The position numbers were made by a program, and so were the translations under genes. Positions 13,389 through 25,869 of a stretch of DNA of 64,000 bases are shown piece after piece. This DNA comes from Camelus dromedarius (Eukaryota). Within the stretch, counting starts at the first letter, position 1; each line of letters starts with the position of its first letter. Location of the stretch: positions 92,506,001 through 92,570,000 of the forward strand of contig NC_087437.1 in the NCBI RefSeq assembly GCF_036321535.1, given 5' to 3'. Below the pieces are notes generated by a model, which searched no databases, was not told where the DNA came from, and worked only from the letters and a program-made list of their open reading frames with translations.

Positions 13389-13469
13389 AAATTCAGAGGA
13401 TAATGAAAGAGAAAAGTTCATAATTTAAAAGACTCTCAAATTATAAGTACATGGTCATAGTAGAAGGAG

Positions 13470-13823
13470 AGTATCCCTGTGGCTCCCCAAGCAGGTGCTG
13501 AGGAAAGAACTTTGGGGAAGGCAGTCTACTTAGGAAATGTTTTGGGGAGAAAAGCCAATAAAGTATGCATCAACTGGAACCCCAGTAGTCCCAGGGGTAG
13601 CTGGGAGACTGGAGCTTTTTCTATCCCCCAGGTTTTAAAGATTGCCCCCAGATATGTTAACTCCTTTAAAATTCCTACAGTGCTGACCAAATCCTTCATC
13701 AGAGAAGAGTGAAAAGCATGCTTTTGAAGTGGGAAGCCATCAGTTTACAGTGAACTATCATAACTACATGCAAACTCAAGTGGATTCAGGGACTTGGGGC
13801 AGGGTATCAAAGGCATCTGATAA
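13470..13823 (-). mobile_element. Old ERVL LTR (LTR33-like)
   Basis: GCAGGTGCTGAGGAAAGAACTTTGG...TACTTAGGAAATG start and GGACTTGGGGCAGGGTATCAAAGGCATCTGATA end. Confidence 0.5.
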
Positions 13824-14287
13824 ATTGGAAGTACTCCAATTTTATAAATTAGCTAAAACATGAACAACTACATAGGCTGCAATTATCATTAAAGTGCTAC
13901 CCACAATGAATATAGTCTCTTTCAAAGAACCTACAGTTGACTATATTTTATATGGAAACAACAAAGTCAGTAGAGTAAGACACGTAAAATTGGGTAAAGT
14001 TGCTTGAGTGACACAAGGTCCATGAAAACTTTCACATCTAATTTGATATCCACTAGGTCTAGTCATCTTAGGTTATTATTTACAAAGCTTTAATTTATAT
14101 AGCCTGGTACAAACTGTATGGAAAAGAGAAAAAGGTTAGCTGGATGATCCAATAATGGCAATGAGAATAAATAGGTGTACATATGTGAAAGTGTGAATTA
14201 CAATTCATTACTTTATTGTTGAATTTTACTACATGTGTTCTTAACTTTGAGAAGTGTTGGTATGTGGGAGGCAGGGGCAGGTGTATA

Positions 14288-14630
14288 TTTTTATTGAAAT
14301 ATATGTACAACTGTAATTTCATACTACATTTACACAAGATGAATGCCTACAAAACCTACACCCATAACAAGAAACTTAACAGGATCAGTGCACAGGAATC
14401 TCCTCATTCCTCCCTTTAGTTATACTGGAAAAGGGTAAAGACCATTCTGACTTTCAATATCATAGATTAGTTTTACCTAATTTTGAACACCATGTAAGTG
14501 GGATCCTAAGTGTATACTCTTTTCTTGCTTCTTTCACTCAGTATGATTTTTGTGGGATTCACCCATATTGCTGCATGCAGGCACTGTCCATTCATCCTCA
14601 TTGCAGCTTAGAATTCCATTGTGTGAGTCG
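14288..14630 (-). mobile_element. Ancient L1 (L1ME-type) 3'UTR
   Basis: ACCATTCTGACTTTCAATATCATAGATTAGTTTTACCT...CTTCTTTCACTCAGTATGATTTTTGTGGGATTCACCCATATTG. Confidence 0.8.
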
Positions 14631-14927
14631 AGTCACTTACCAATTTTTTCTGGACAAATGTAAACTGTTATCACACAAAACTGCAGTGTTTCATAGGAAA
14701 TTTGAATTTTAAACTTAGGACAAAATTAGTCTGTTATTGTTTTTCTAGCTAGATGTAATCGAAAGAAGCCACCACTTCTTGCTGAATTGCAACTATTACG
14801 GCTTTTCTTCACCTACAATTAATATTTCCCAAATAAAAATGTTTTTTTTAATTTGTATATGTAAGTATTTGTCTTTTACAAACATAATTCATCAAATTAT
14901 ACATTTCATTTGTTAACTTTTAGCAAG

Positions 14928-15330
14928 CCATTCACTCAATATATAACTAAGTTTAAGCACCTACTGTATGCAAGTGATTTTGCTATGTATTAAAGTCACG
15001 ATGAACCAAAGAAAACCTAGTCCCCACCCTTCCCCAAATGAACTTATCTAAAAGGGTACAAACAAAAGCAAAATAGCAATTATGACCTAACATGTTAATT
15101 GAAAAAAGAGATGATGTCCAGTTTTCTCTGGAAGAACAAACAAAGAGGGCTAATCCACATCTGTGGGAGGACAGGGTTCAGCGAAAGCTTCCTGGAAGAA
15201 GCAGTAAGTTTAGAGTTATTTAAGCAGGTTGGAATGTGTCTATTAAAGTGCAACACCATGGGTTCAGGTCCTGAAGTGAGAAAGAGATTCAAACACTGAG
15301 GGAAAGGAGAGCACTTCAGTTTGTTTGGGA
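14928..15330 (-). mobile_element. L2 LINE 3' remnant
   Basis: CATTCACTCAA...AGCACCTACTGTATGCAAG and GAAAGCTTCCTGGAAGAAG motifs. Confidence 0.65.
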
Positions 15331-16559
15331 CTTAGAGTCATTTAGTTTCCTCATTCATAAAATAAAGGGAGCAGAGTAAGTGAGCAGTAAGCACATCTCT
15401 AGTGTTAACATTTATATAAAGCATCAGTAGCCTGTTGGTCTAGCCTCCAGAATTACACTGAACACTTAGAAAAGGAAATCTTGAATTTGATTGTGTTAAC
15501 CTGCTACAAATGCTAAGGAGTGATGTCAGATCCACAGAGGTAAACCTAGTGCTGTGGAATGATTTAGGGAACAAAAGAAAATAAATTTCCATAAGCAACG
15601 TTTATCAGATGACCTTCTCTTATCTCAATTTTGAATATCATACACTTTAGAACTATGTATGGTCCTCAAACATTTTTGACATAAATGAACAAAATTTGTT
15701 CATTTCAGTAGAACAATAAAATCTATTTATTTGTCTTGCTCTCAAATGATCAGGGGGGAGAGGTGGGGGCACAAGAGAGATGGGAATAAAAATAAAGAGA
15801 TCCTCACCAGAGTGGCTGGGATAATAGCAGAGGTTCTCATTAAGATGATAACTTCACAGCAGAAACAAAAGCACGCTTCATTTCATAAATATCAACACTA
15901 CAAGAGACCGATCATGAGCCAAATAAAGAACGCTTTTCTAAGAACCACTAGTAATGCTTTAAACTATTTTGTGAATCACTTCTGTGAAGGGCTGATCAAA
16001 ATAATAACCCCCTTTCCATTCACCTTGCCACCACGCTCACACACGCTCAGGAGCGTTTATTAATTGTCCTTGAGAGTTGCTAACAGAATGTGCTATGAGC
16101 CTCTCTATCAAATTAAACAAATTTGTAAACAACCTATGAAAGAAAGAGAGCAACTTCATGGCCTCCCTGCTTAAATTAGTTGAATCGTCTTTATTCATAC
16201 ACTGTTAGACAAAAAGCAAAAATATTAGTATTCTAGTAGAGTTTTCTTCTCTATAGGAGACATCATACTCTCTAACTCTCTTTTCATGCATATCTGGTCT
16301 GTGCATCAAGAAAATATATAGGCATGTTAACTCTGTCACCCTATGAAACTACTCCTTAGAATATATTTGCTTTCAATATACATAAAGACATTTATTTCTG
16401 ATCATAAAATAAATACTATCCTTGTACACGCCTAAAAATGCGTCACACAGAGAGAATGACATTTTTCAAACTGTCTATAATCACAACACACAGAAATTAC
16501 TAAAATTAATATTTGATGTATTTTCTCTTAATAATTAATTAATTTACACAATTGGGATC

Positions 16560-17016
16560 TGTTGTTACAGCTTATGTTAAGTGGCATGCAGTGGAAACTG
16601 ATTACAGTGATTTAAAAGGGGAGATTTTTTCCCTCTAATTTTTCCAAATGTTGTACTGTTGCTTTGTTGGTATAACAAACAGAACAGATCTAGGTGGTTC
16701 TGGGCTGCTACAGTGCCTCGCTTTCTACTCACTCCTTCATCCCGAACTGGCAGCTCTATCTTCATAGCAATCTCATAACAGCCAGCTGACTGTTTCCTAT
16801 ACTCCACACAGAAAGAAGGAGGAAGCATCAAAGAGGATGGGACAATGCTTGTCAGAAGAGCAAGTAGAAATCTCACCAGCATAGCATTTGGCCACCTCTA
16901 CCTTGGAGAGATTTGGGGCAGGATAGTATTTAGCTGGGCATTCTCCCCTCAAACAAATCAGTGTAAAGAAAATAGAATAAACTGGATTAGGTGGGCAACT
17001 AATAATGTCTGCCACA
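16560..17016 (-). mobile_element. Old MaLR LTR (MLT1K/L-like)
   Basis: Ends TTTAGCTGGGCA...GGATTAGGTGGGCAACTAATAATGTCTGCCACA; left boundary uncertain. Confidence 0.55.
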
Positions 17017-17759
17017 AGATTATATACACTGCAAATGGGGGTTTTTTTGTTTTTTGTTTTTTTTTGCTGGTTTGATCACACTTAAATTATCCCAAATGCA
17101 ATTTCCTATATTTCAAAAAGTTTCATAAACACTGCTTTAATGGCTATATGTCTGTTTAATTACTCATTTATTCATTCCATTATTTTTGAAAGGATGTTAT
17201 GGTTTTTTCTATTGATATTAATTCAAGATACTTCTGGTCCATGATGTTTGATACAAGGGTTATGTCAATTAATGAGTTGGTATTTTAGACTTCTGGTGTA
17301 TTTTACATTCTGTTTTCTTTCCAGTAACATATAAAAATACCTTATTTTAATTAAAAAATCATTTTTCCAGTAAAATTTCTGTAAGCATGTTTCCTTGCCA
17401 AGCTTTATCCTTAGCGTTTACATTATTTTAAATCATGGTCTTAATGAATACTCTTTAAAATCAACTTGGGATGTGCAAACTTCAAAAAAGGGTTGGTGTT
17501 TTGTTTCAGCACAATTAAATATAGAATTCATGTATTAAAAAGTTTACACTATGTTTTAAAATCTTGTGTTAGTTGGAAACCTCAGTAGAATCACTAAATA
17601 CTAGATAAAGGAAATATGGAAATAAGAGCTAATCTATCCTTTCATTATAAAGGGAAAATTAGGAATCATAACATTGAGTTTTCAACTGTTTTTAATAAAT
17701 GATAATTAAGAATTTTAGCCCTCTATTTTATTACTACTGATTTGAGAGCTAAAATGTGA

Positions 17760-18231
17760 AAGCAAGAAATTAAAAGCAACATAATTCCCTGCCCTATGTT
17801 AATGCTGGGGCCGGGTATATTTGCCTGTCCCTGTGTTAAACAATGCTGGGACCGAGTACAATAACTTAGCTTCCTGCTTCTTGCAGATAAAATATCTGCT
17901 ACTACAAGTTAAGACTGTACTAACTAAAGAGTTTACATACCAAGACTAACAGCTCATTCGTTTCTCTTGAAAAACCTCACCTCATGGTATCCACCAATCT
18001 AAAACTTTCATATCCTAAATTTTGAGCAATCCCTATAAATTCCCAGTCTGGCAAACCTGTTTTAGAATCACCCAGCCCAGGCCCTCAAACTCTGTAAACA
18101 TTTTCCTTTTATATCCTATTTTGAGACACTAATAAGACTCTGTCAATATGCTGTTCTCGCTCACTGCCATAAATCTACTAAACTTAGTTCTGCCTGATTA
18201 ACAGACTTTTTTGATGGTCTCTGGAGTGACA
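17760..18231 (+). mobile_element. ERV1 solo LTR (MER34-like)
   Basis: CCACCAATC box, CACCCAGCCCAGGCCCTCAA, TTGAGACACTAATAAGACTCTGTCAA...AAACTTAGTTCTGCCTGATTAACAG...GAGTGACA end; left boundary uncertain. Confidence 0.7.
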
Positions 18232-20384
18232 GTACTAAACTGCATAGATTTATGAGCAGGGATCAAAAATATCAGAAACATCTAATGTCACATGTATTAA
18301 TCACAGATTTCATTTACCTTAAATCCAGATTGTTTCACTTAGTAATCACCTAGTACTAACGACTAATAAAAATTTTAAGGTGAAGAATTTTGATCTAATT
18401 TGACAGCTAAGAAAATTGAGAAAGGAGGCCTTGCACTTGTTTACCAAAAATAAAAATTCTATTAATTTTTAAGCATATTTTGATCATTCAGAATTTAATC
18501 TTGACCAGTGACAGTGATGAACACCCTCCATTTGATATTAAAAAAAGAAATGACAAGCCGAAGATCCAAACTGGTGAAAACCATACAGCACAATATTTTC
18601 CAGAATTAATAGAGCACTGTAAATAGTCCAGATTAGAGAGAGGATGTTTATACTGTTTGGATACTCTAAATTGGAGTGAAAAGTTTGACAAGCCGTTAGG
18701 GGCATTTCTTGATTCGCAGGTCAATTTTCTCTCCACTGGAAAAGCAAGCTAGTCTGATACAAGCAAAGAGATGTCCAGCTCCCTTCTCCATCAGGTCCCT
18801 TGTGTTTAATAACCATCACTATCAGAAATGTCTGTTTTGCACCAAATTAAAATCCTGCTTGGTACCTTCTGACAAGCAAACTGATTTTTCTCTGATTCTA
18901 ACATCGGAAGGCCATGGTACCAATCTCTGAAGATCTCTTTGCGGTATTACACATGGGACCGTTTTGGCAGGACAATGTTTCATTCTGGATCGAAATGGTG
19001 AAAGGATAGATAGAAAGGAAAGAATAGAGGGAAAAAAAATAGATTGAGGAGGCCTGAGTACACTATCAGAAGGTGAGATAAAGGAAATTCTGGGAAAGCT
19101 GCCCATGCTCAGAGACATTCTATCATCCCCTCCTCCCTCCCCACCCTCCCCCATTTTCTCTTATTTAAAGACACTGGACCAGAAACCAAAATTGCCTTTG
19201 AAAAAGGTTAATTCATTTTGACTCAATTACAAAACTTCTATAGAACTTGAATTCCATTAATAAGACAGTCTTTAACCTTTCAACCTTCTCCTTAGACTAA
19301 AGAATTCAAATTCCATTCTCTGTTGTTGTGCTCTATCCCCCAAGCTTATCAATATTCTTTATCTGCATCAAACTCTGTAGCAAAAAATCAGGGGATCTTC
19401 TAAAAGCCTCGACTGGATTTAGAGGCATGTGCTTGTTTTTCTGTACTGCTCTCCCCTTTTGTTTTGCTCTTGCAGACTATTTACAAATATGGGTTTCCAG
19501 GAAAAGCATCATTAGCACGTGGCGGTGGCAACTTTCTCCTGACGCCAGCAGTCCAAGTTCATGTAGCATGTAGCATCATGTAGCAGATGTAGATGATGTG
19601 ATGGAATAGGAGCAGGTTGTCTCTCTAAAAGAACTGTGTCCAGCATTTCTTAGAATGCATCCTTACAGAAGGCTCTAGGTTAAATAGGCCACATACTAAG
19701 AGAGCTGCTTAAAAGCAGCACTTGAAAACAGGTGTCTTTGTTTTTAAAGTAAATGTTAGCATAATTCATAAAACCTAAAAACTTAAAACAAAAATGGTCC
19801 ACCTTTTGTTGCAGATGATTTAAACTCTTTTGGAATCAGCATAACACAGAAAAAGTAGGTGTGTTAACATAATGAGTCCTTAAATCACAGTTCTAGTATT
19901 GTTCCTGAGAAGTTTGGCAAGAGGAAAAAAATCTCAAGAAAATTAGACAATAGCTTTTTTTGCTAGTAGACTACAGCACAAATTGCCGCAGGATGAGTGA
20001 AAACATGTATCTTTGATTGAAAACCAATAAAAAGTAAAAATCTAGTCCAAAATGCAAGATGTATATAAACAAAATGACAGAATATATTGTCACCCTGTTA
20101 TCCACTCTCTTTTTCTTCAACTTTAAATGATACATTAAAAAAGAAACATACTGGAATTTGAGGTGACATTTTCATTAAAAATTTACATACAAAGGAAGAC
20201 TAGATCCTGCCATAATCAATAATATTGGAGTTAGATATAAATGTCTCGGTTGTAGAAAACCCAATCTAATGAACTAGATCTTAACAAACTATGGGATGTT
20301 TAACCATACAGACTTTGCCAGAGCTCCAGGGGCCAAAACTTCCCTCATCAGATTCCTCATCAAAATTCTTACAGACAGAAGGGA

Positions 20385-20590
20385 TTGGGCAATTCATAAA
20401 CTGCAAAGACAACTAGAGGCAAACACAATGAGAAAAATATTAAATCATCTTACAATCAAAGAAACAGAAAGGAGGAGCTGCTTCCATCTATTGCACTGGA
20501 AAATTTATATGGCAATATCCCATGCTGCTTTGGGAAAGAAATTTGGTAATATGTATCAAGAATTGTAAATGTGTTCATATTCTTTAACTT
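20385..20590 (+). mobile_element. Ancient L1 ORF2 C-terminal fragment
   Basis: AATCAAAGAAA...GGAAAGAAATTTGGTAATATGTATCAAGAATTGTAAATGTGTTCATATTCTTT. Confidence 0.5.
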
Positions 20591-21064
20591 TAAAAATCGT
20601 AGCAAAAGTATATGACTTAACATTTTTATTGCCTGAGATTTATCACTATAGCAAGAAGCTGTGTGTTTCCAGGGAACTGGTTTGATTTCACTTTATAATA
20701 CTGGTAATTGAGTAATTCAACTTCCATGCTAACCCAACACTCCAATTTGTTGTACATTTCTAATGAATGTGTAAAATTTGACAGCATGTGATTCATACTT
20801 CTTGCTCCCGTTTATTTTTTCTATGCTTATTTTCTCAACTCACTGATTTTCCCAGCCACTCTTTTCATGCTATTTTATATTTTTTGCAAGCTATTTCACT
20901 TAAACACTTTTGGTAATAAAACAAGATATAAATAATTGTTTATCAAATAAGATGCTATATGGAAAATAGTTTTAGCAGTAACTGGAACATAATAAATACT
21001 TAATAAATGTTTACAATTGCAACTTTATTTATGAAAGCCAAAACTTTGAATTAAAAGAAGAGAG

Positions 21065-21490
21065 ATTATCTCATTTCACTTGTATGTGGAATCTAAAAAA
21101 AAAAAAAGAAAGAGAGAGAAAGAAAACTCAGAGAACAGACTGACAGAATTGGGAAGGGGGCAAAATTAGTGAACGTAGTCAAAAGGTACAAACTTACAAC
21201 TATAAAAAATAAATACTGGGAATGCAACATACAGTATGGTAACTAACTGTAGTTAGTTAATATTATTACTACTTTATTGTATATTTGAAAGTTCCTAAGA
21301 GAGTAGACCTTAAAAATTCTCATCATAAGAAAAAGAAGTTTATAACTATGTGTGATGATGAATGTTAAGTAGACTTCTAGTGATCATTTTGTAATGTGTG
21401 TGTGTATATATATATATATATAATCATCATATTGTATACCTGAAACTAACATGTCATATGTCAGTTATTTCTTAAAATAAAATTAAAATA
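21065..21490 (+). mobile_element. L1 3'UTR (L1MA9-like), 5'-truncated
   Basis: ATGTGGAATCTAAAAAA...GTCAAAAGGTACAAACTT...TATTTGAAAGTTCCTAAGAGAGTAGACCTTAAAAATTCTCATCA...TGTATACCTGAAACTAA followed by an A-rich tail. Confidence 0.88.
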
Positions 21491-21974
21491 ATTTCAAAGA
21501 TAAGAGAATTATTAATAGAATATAGTACAACCTGTAAAAACTAAGATAAATACTGAAATAAAATGAAACTATACTTATAATAAAATTTAATTTAAATTAT
21601 TATATAAATTATAATTTAAGTGAAAAATTAGGGGGTAATTAGAAGTACACAGTTTAGTGTATTTGAGAGGGAAAGGGAAAAAGAAGAGAAAGAAAATATA
21701 CCATTGTGTACCTGTAAGAAGAAATACTTTAAAAGGTCAACATTCTCCTTAAAAGAGGTTGGCTTTGCTTGTTGTTTTATATATTTTAAAATATTGTTTC
21801 CACATTACTACCACAACATAAAATTCTGTTCTCTTATTAACAGAATTAAATGTTGTCAAATTTTGTTGAATGTTAAATATTTTTATCTTACTCTTATAAT
21901 GAAGTGAATTTAATTTAAACTTTTACCTGGCCAAGGCCACGGTCCTTAGGCAGACACAACTTTACAATTTACAT

Positions 21975-22115
21975 TTTTATTAATGAGGCATTTGAGACCC
22001 AGATCATCAAAGTGACTTCCTGAGGCCAGAAATGTTGCTCAAGTTAGGCAGAAATTAGAGATCCAGTACCCTGCATACTTCAGTTCTTACTGTAGCACTT
22101 TTTCTACTGTAATTA
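21975..22115 (-). mobile_element. MIR fragment
   Basis: CATTTTTATTAATGAGGCATTTGAGACCCAGA..AAAGTGACTTCCTGAGGCCA. Confidence 0.5.
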
Positions 22116-22959
22116 TGCTACTTCTTATCATGCCTGCCTTCTAAGCCCGCTCCAAGATAACCTTTGCATCAGGCTTACATATGATGTAGGCATATTTTTA
22201 ATGCTTATTTTCACAAAATGTAAATTAATTTGAAGCTCAGTTGAACAGCATTGTCAACTATATGCTAGAGAAGCTCTCGACATTTCATTTCCTCCTGTTC
22301 GGGGGAGAACAGTATCTATCCCTCCTCCGAGAGAAAAGTGGGCACCAGCCAAGGAGGTGGGCGGCTGTTAAACGGGGAGGTGTCACTGGGCAGATGGGAT
22401 GGGTTCGAGGATCTATGATGCTCCTAACAGAAGCAGGAGGCCAGCAAAATGGATGCGGGAACTTGTGAGGTCTGGCATCAGGCTGACAGCAGAAATGTGA
22501 GGGGAATCTGTTAAAGTCAGGCTCCGGTTGAAGGCAGCTGGACGATGACAGGGAAGCCACAAGGGTCACTGCTCACACAGCACTTGTGCCGTGACTGAGG
22601 GAGCCGTGGGGCCTGGAACAGAGAAAGCAGCTGGGCTGTGAGGTGGATCCAAGTGCTGAGGCAGGAGGCAGGTGGTCACAGGAGGAGGAAAAGATGAGGC
22701 TGGGGCTGGAGAGCATCTGCCCCTTAGGTTGGCTCTTGTGGAAAAGGCACTGCAAAGATTCAAATGGAGGGGAAAGCATTTATTTTGACTAATAATCCTC
22801 CAAAGCAATTCTGACATCTCCAACGCAGAAAGGAAGGGCTACTGCAGACAAGAAAGCAAGAAACGTAGATTTCTCCAGGGCTAAGTTGTCTCAGAAAGAG
22901 CAATGGCCACAAACACATTTCCATGAGAGGCCAGGCTCTCAGTGAGGAATCGCCCCCTT

Positions 22960-23075
22960 ACTTCTGACTTTTCTATTGACTGATGTGTGACTCCAAGCAA
23001 ATTGCTAAATCTCTTTGAACCTATCTTCCTGCTGGAAAAAGTGGGTATCTTGCTGTAAAACATACACTACCTTCC
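22960..23075 (+). mobile_element. MIR fragment
   Basis: TGTGTGACTCCAAGCAAATTGCTAAATCTCTTTGAACCT core-like motif. Confidence 0.55.
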
Positions 23076-23355
23076 AGAGTAAAATTTCCCTAACAGAAAA
23101 GCTACATATGCAAAATACTCCAATTTTCAAAGGAAAATGTATTTGTGTAATTGCTACAGATACAATTAAATTGAAATCCGCTTAATTTTTTTTTATCTCT
23201 AAGAACACATTCTGAAGTTACTGAATGGAACTGCCTGTGTTTTTTTGTTGTTGTTATTGCTTTAAACAATTTCTGTATATTTAGTAATAAAATCAGACAT
23301 GTGAAATTCCCTTCATGTTGGCTATTTCATGGAGATAAGTAAAAAGCACATTTTA

Positions 23356-23800
23356 TTTTTTAATTTTTTTATTGGAAGTATTGTCGGTTTACAATGTTGT
23401 GTTAATTTCTGGTGTACAGCACAGTGATTGAATATATATATATATATATATATATTCCTTTTCCTATTTCCTATTTCTTTTTCATTATAGGCCATATATA
23501 GTTTCCTGTGCTATACAGTGGGACCTTGTTATTTATCTGTTTTATATATAGTAGTTGGTATCTGCAAATCTCGAACTTCCAGTTTATCCATCCACCCTCT
23601 GGTAATCACAAGTTTGTTTTCTATCTGTGTGAGTTTCTGTTTTGTAAATAAGTTCGTATTTGTCATTTTTTTCCAGACTCCACATATGAGTGATATCATA
23701 GGGTATTTTTCTTTCTCTTTCTGGATTACTTCACTTAGTATGACGATATCCAGTTCCATACATGTTGCTACAAATGGCATTATTTTGTTCTTTTTTATGG
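23356..23800 (-). mobile_element. 5'-truncated lineage-specific LINE-1 3' end with a target-site duplication
   Basis: ORF 23529..23831(-) contains KKNKIMPFVATCMELDIVILSEVIQKEKEKYPMISLICG, the L1 3'-end peptide; TSD AAAAAGCACATTTTA (23341-23355) and AAAAAGTACATTTTA (23801-23815); T-rich tail at 23356-23373; internal (TA)n. Confidence 0.95.
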
Positions 23801-24094
23801 AAAAAGTACATTTTAAATAATCCTTTTCCACTTACTAGAGAAAGATAAAACTTTAAAGTTTGCTTAGTCTATAAGAGACTAACACTTTCTGTTTTGCTAA
23901 TGAGAAGGCCCTAGTCTCATTCCAACATGGATGCTCTTCTGTCAAAAAAATAAAAAAGAAAAAGCGAGAAGCCATTGCTACACTTATAAGGAAAATAACT
24001 GAAATCAGTTGAATATTAACTAGTTGATTCTTGCAGTTTTGTGCATTTTTAGGAAAATATTTAAAATCTAAAATGTTCCTTTCAGTAAAATAGT

Positions 24095-24097
<3 letters not shown>

Positions 24098-24134
<37 letters not shown>
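24098..24134. repeat. (CA)n microsatellite, about 18 units
   Basis: Direct reading. Confidence 0.97.
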
Positions 24135-24137
<3 letters not shown>

Positions 24138-24177
24138 GACTAGTGTTATGCTGGTTCTGTATTACCTTCCTCTAAAG

Positions 24178-24322
24178 CAGTGTTTGCCAAATTTAACTAA
24201 TAATGAATACAGATTTCCAAGTTCCTACACCATAAATTCTGAATCAGTAGATCTCAGGTAGGGCAAAGTAATCTGTATTTTTAACAAGTACCCTAGGGAG
24301 CAAAGAAGTTTAAGAAACATTA
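24178..24322. mobile_element. MER5-type hAT-Charlie MITE
   Basis: CAGTGTTT...TCTGAATCAGTAGATCT...AATCTGTATTTTTAACAAG; 8-bp TSD-like flanks CTCTAAAG (24170-24177) and CTCTAAAA (24323-24330). Confidence 0.8.
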
Positions 24323-25869
24323 CTCTAAAAGACCACTTGGTTCTGCAGTAGGTAAATAACTCAATTCACCCAGATTCTGTCTCAGGACAGACCATCCGTG
24401 ACAGTACTAATAAATTGTGCATGAAATTGATTTCATCTATACTGGAGACATAATTTGTCCTGCAAGATGCCCTGTACACTTCTGATTCACGCTTTCATTT
24501 CAGTTGTTCGTCTGTGCTCTGATCTTGTGTATAACCTCATTTACAGAGAGGATTTTAATTTTTCTCAATTATGGAGTTTGTTTTTCTCCCTCCCTTCTGT
24601 TTACTGATTTTTCAAGGAGGAGATCTCCAGCCTCAGAATCCAATTTCTAACTGATTTCAGTCCAAAGTAAAAGCTTAAACCCAAACAAAGCTTACTGCAA
24701 AGAACATGGTCAGAACAGAAGAATGGAAGTTGTACTTTTTTTAATGCTATCTTCTTTTGTTTTGTACTTTGTAAATACCTTTTCACTCAATGTAAATTAG
24801 AATTGATGCCTTAGTGAATTTCAGACACAAGTAGAGTGGTCACTCTTTTATTATCTTTGCCACATGCTTATTGGTGCTGTATTACAATGCAATTAGAGTA
24901 AAACAAGAAATAACCTGTGAGTTTGTTTCCTTGTTATACAACCTTTTCACATCCCAGCTTCTCAGCATAAAAAGGATTAACAGAACAGAGTGCACTGTAC
25001 CAGAAAACGAAATGTCCTCATGTTCTGTGTCCTTGAGCAAATTTGAACTGGGGAAAAAGGAAAAGAAATTCTTTGCCAAAAGAAATACAGTAAAGTAGCA
25101 GATATAGGCACTAAGCTAAACTCTACCACTATCTCAGCTATGTAGTGTGAATAAATGACGCACTTACAGAAACTACACAAACTCCTTGATCAGTAGATTC
25201 CTATTCTGTAAATTGCTGCTACAGATTTACATGCTACCTAACCTACAACCAGTGAATCTCTAAAGCAATGAGAGAATGGAGCCATATTGTGATTGCCCTA
25301 TTCTGGGTGCCAATCCAAGTTGTGCATTGTGTTTGAAACTATTTTTTTTACAAAGATAAGGAAAAGATGATTGGCACCATTTTCCTGCTACTGTAAATGT
25401 TAAATCAATTGAGATTGGTCCAAATAGCAAAGTTTGAAGATTTGTGAAAGAAAGGTTCATTTATTTTCAATTAATAATAAATAAACATCTTATAACCAAA
25501 ACTATAGTTTTTGCTACTTGAATATCTATAAAATAAAAAGGCATGAAGAAACATGCAATAAGATAGGTCATAACAGTTATAAAAATGAAGCTGAAATAAT
25601 ATCATTCTAAATCCTTACTATATGTAAACCACAAGGATAGGAGAAAAATACAAGCTTTAAATCACAATTCTTTCCTTGAATGCCCTAAGCAAATACATTT
25701 TTAAAACCCAAAGTAAAGACTATTGAAGGATGTATTTACTAAATGAAATATGTGTAAATATTAAGTGATTCCAACAGAGTAGCTTTAGAGGCTAGAGTAG
25801 TTAATACTTCTGTCTTCTTCTCATTGTGACCCTGGTAGGTCCACAGGATAAATAGATTTTTTTTTTTGA

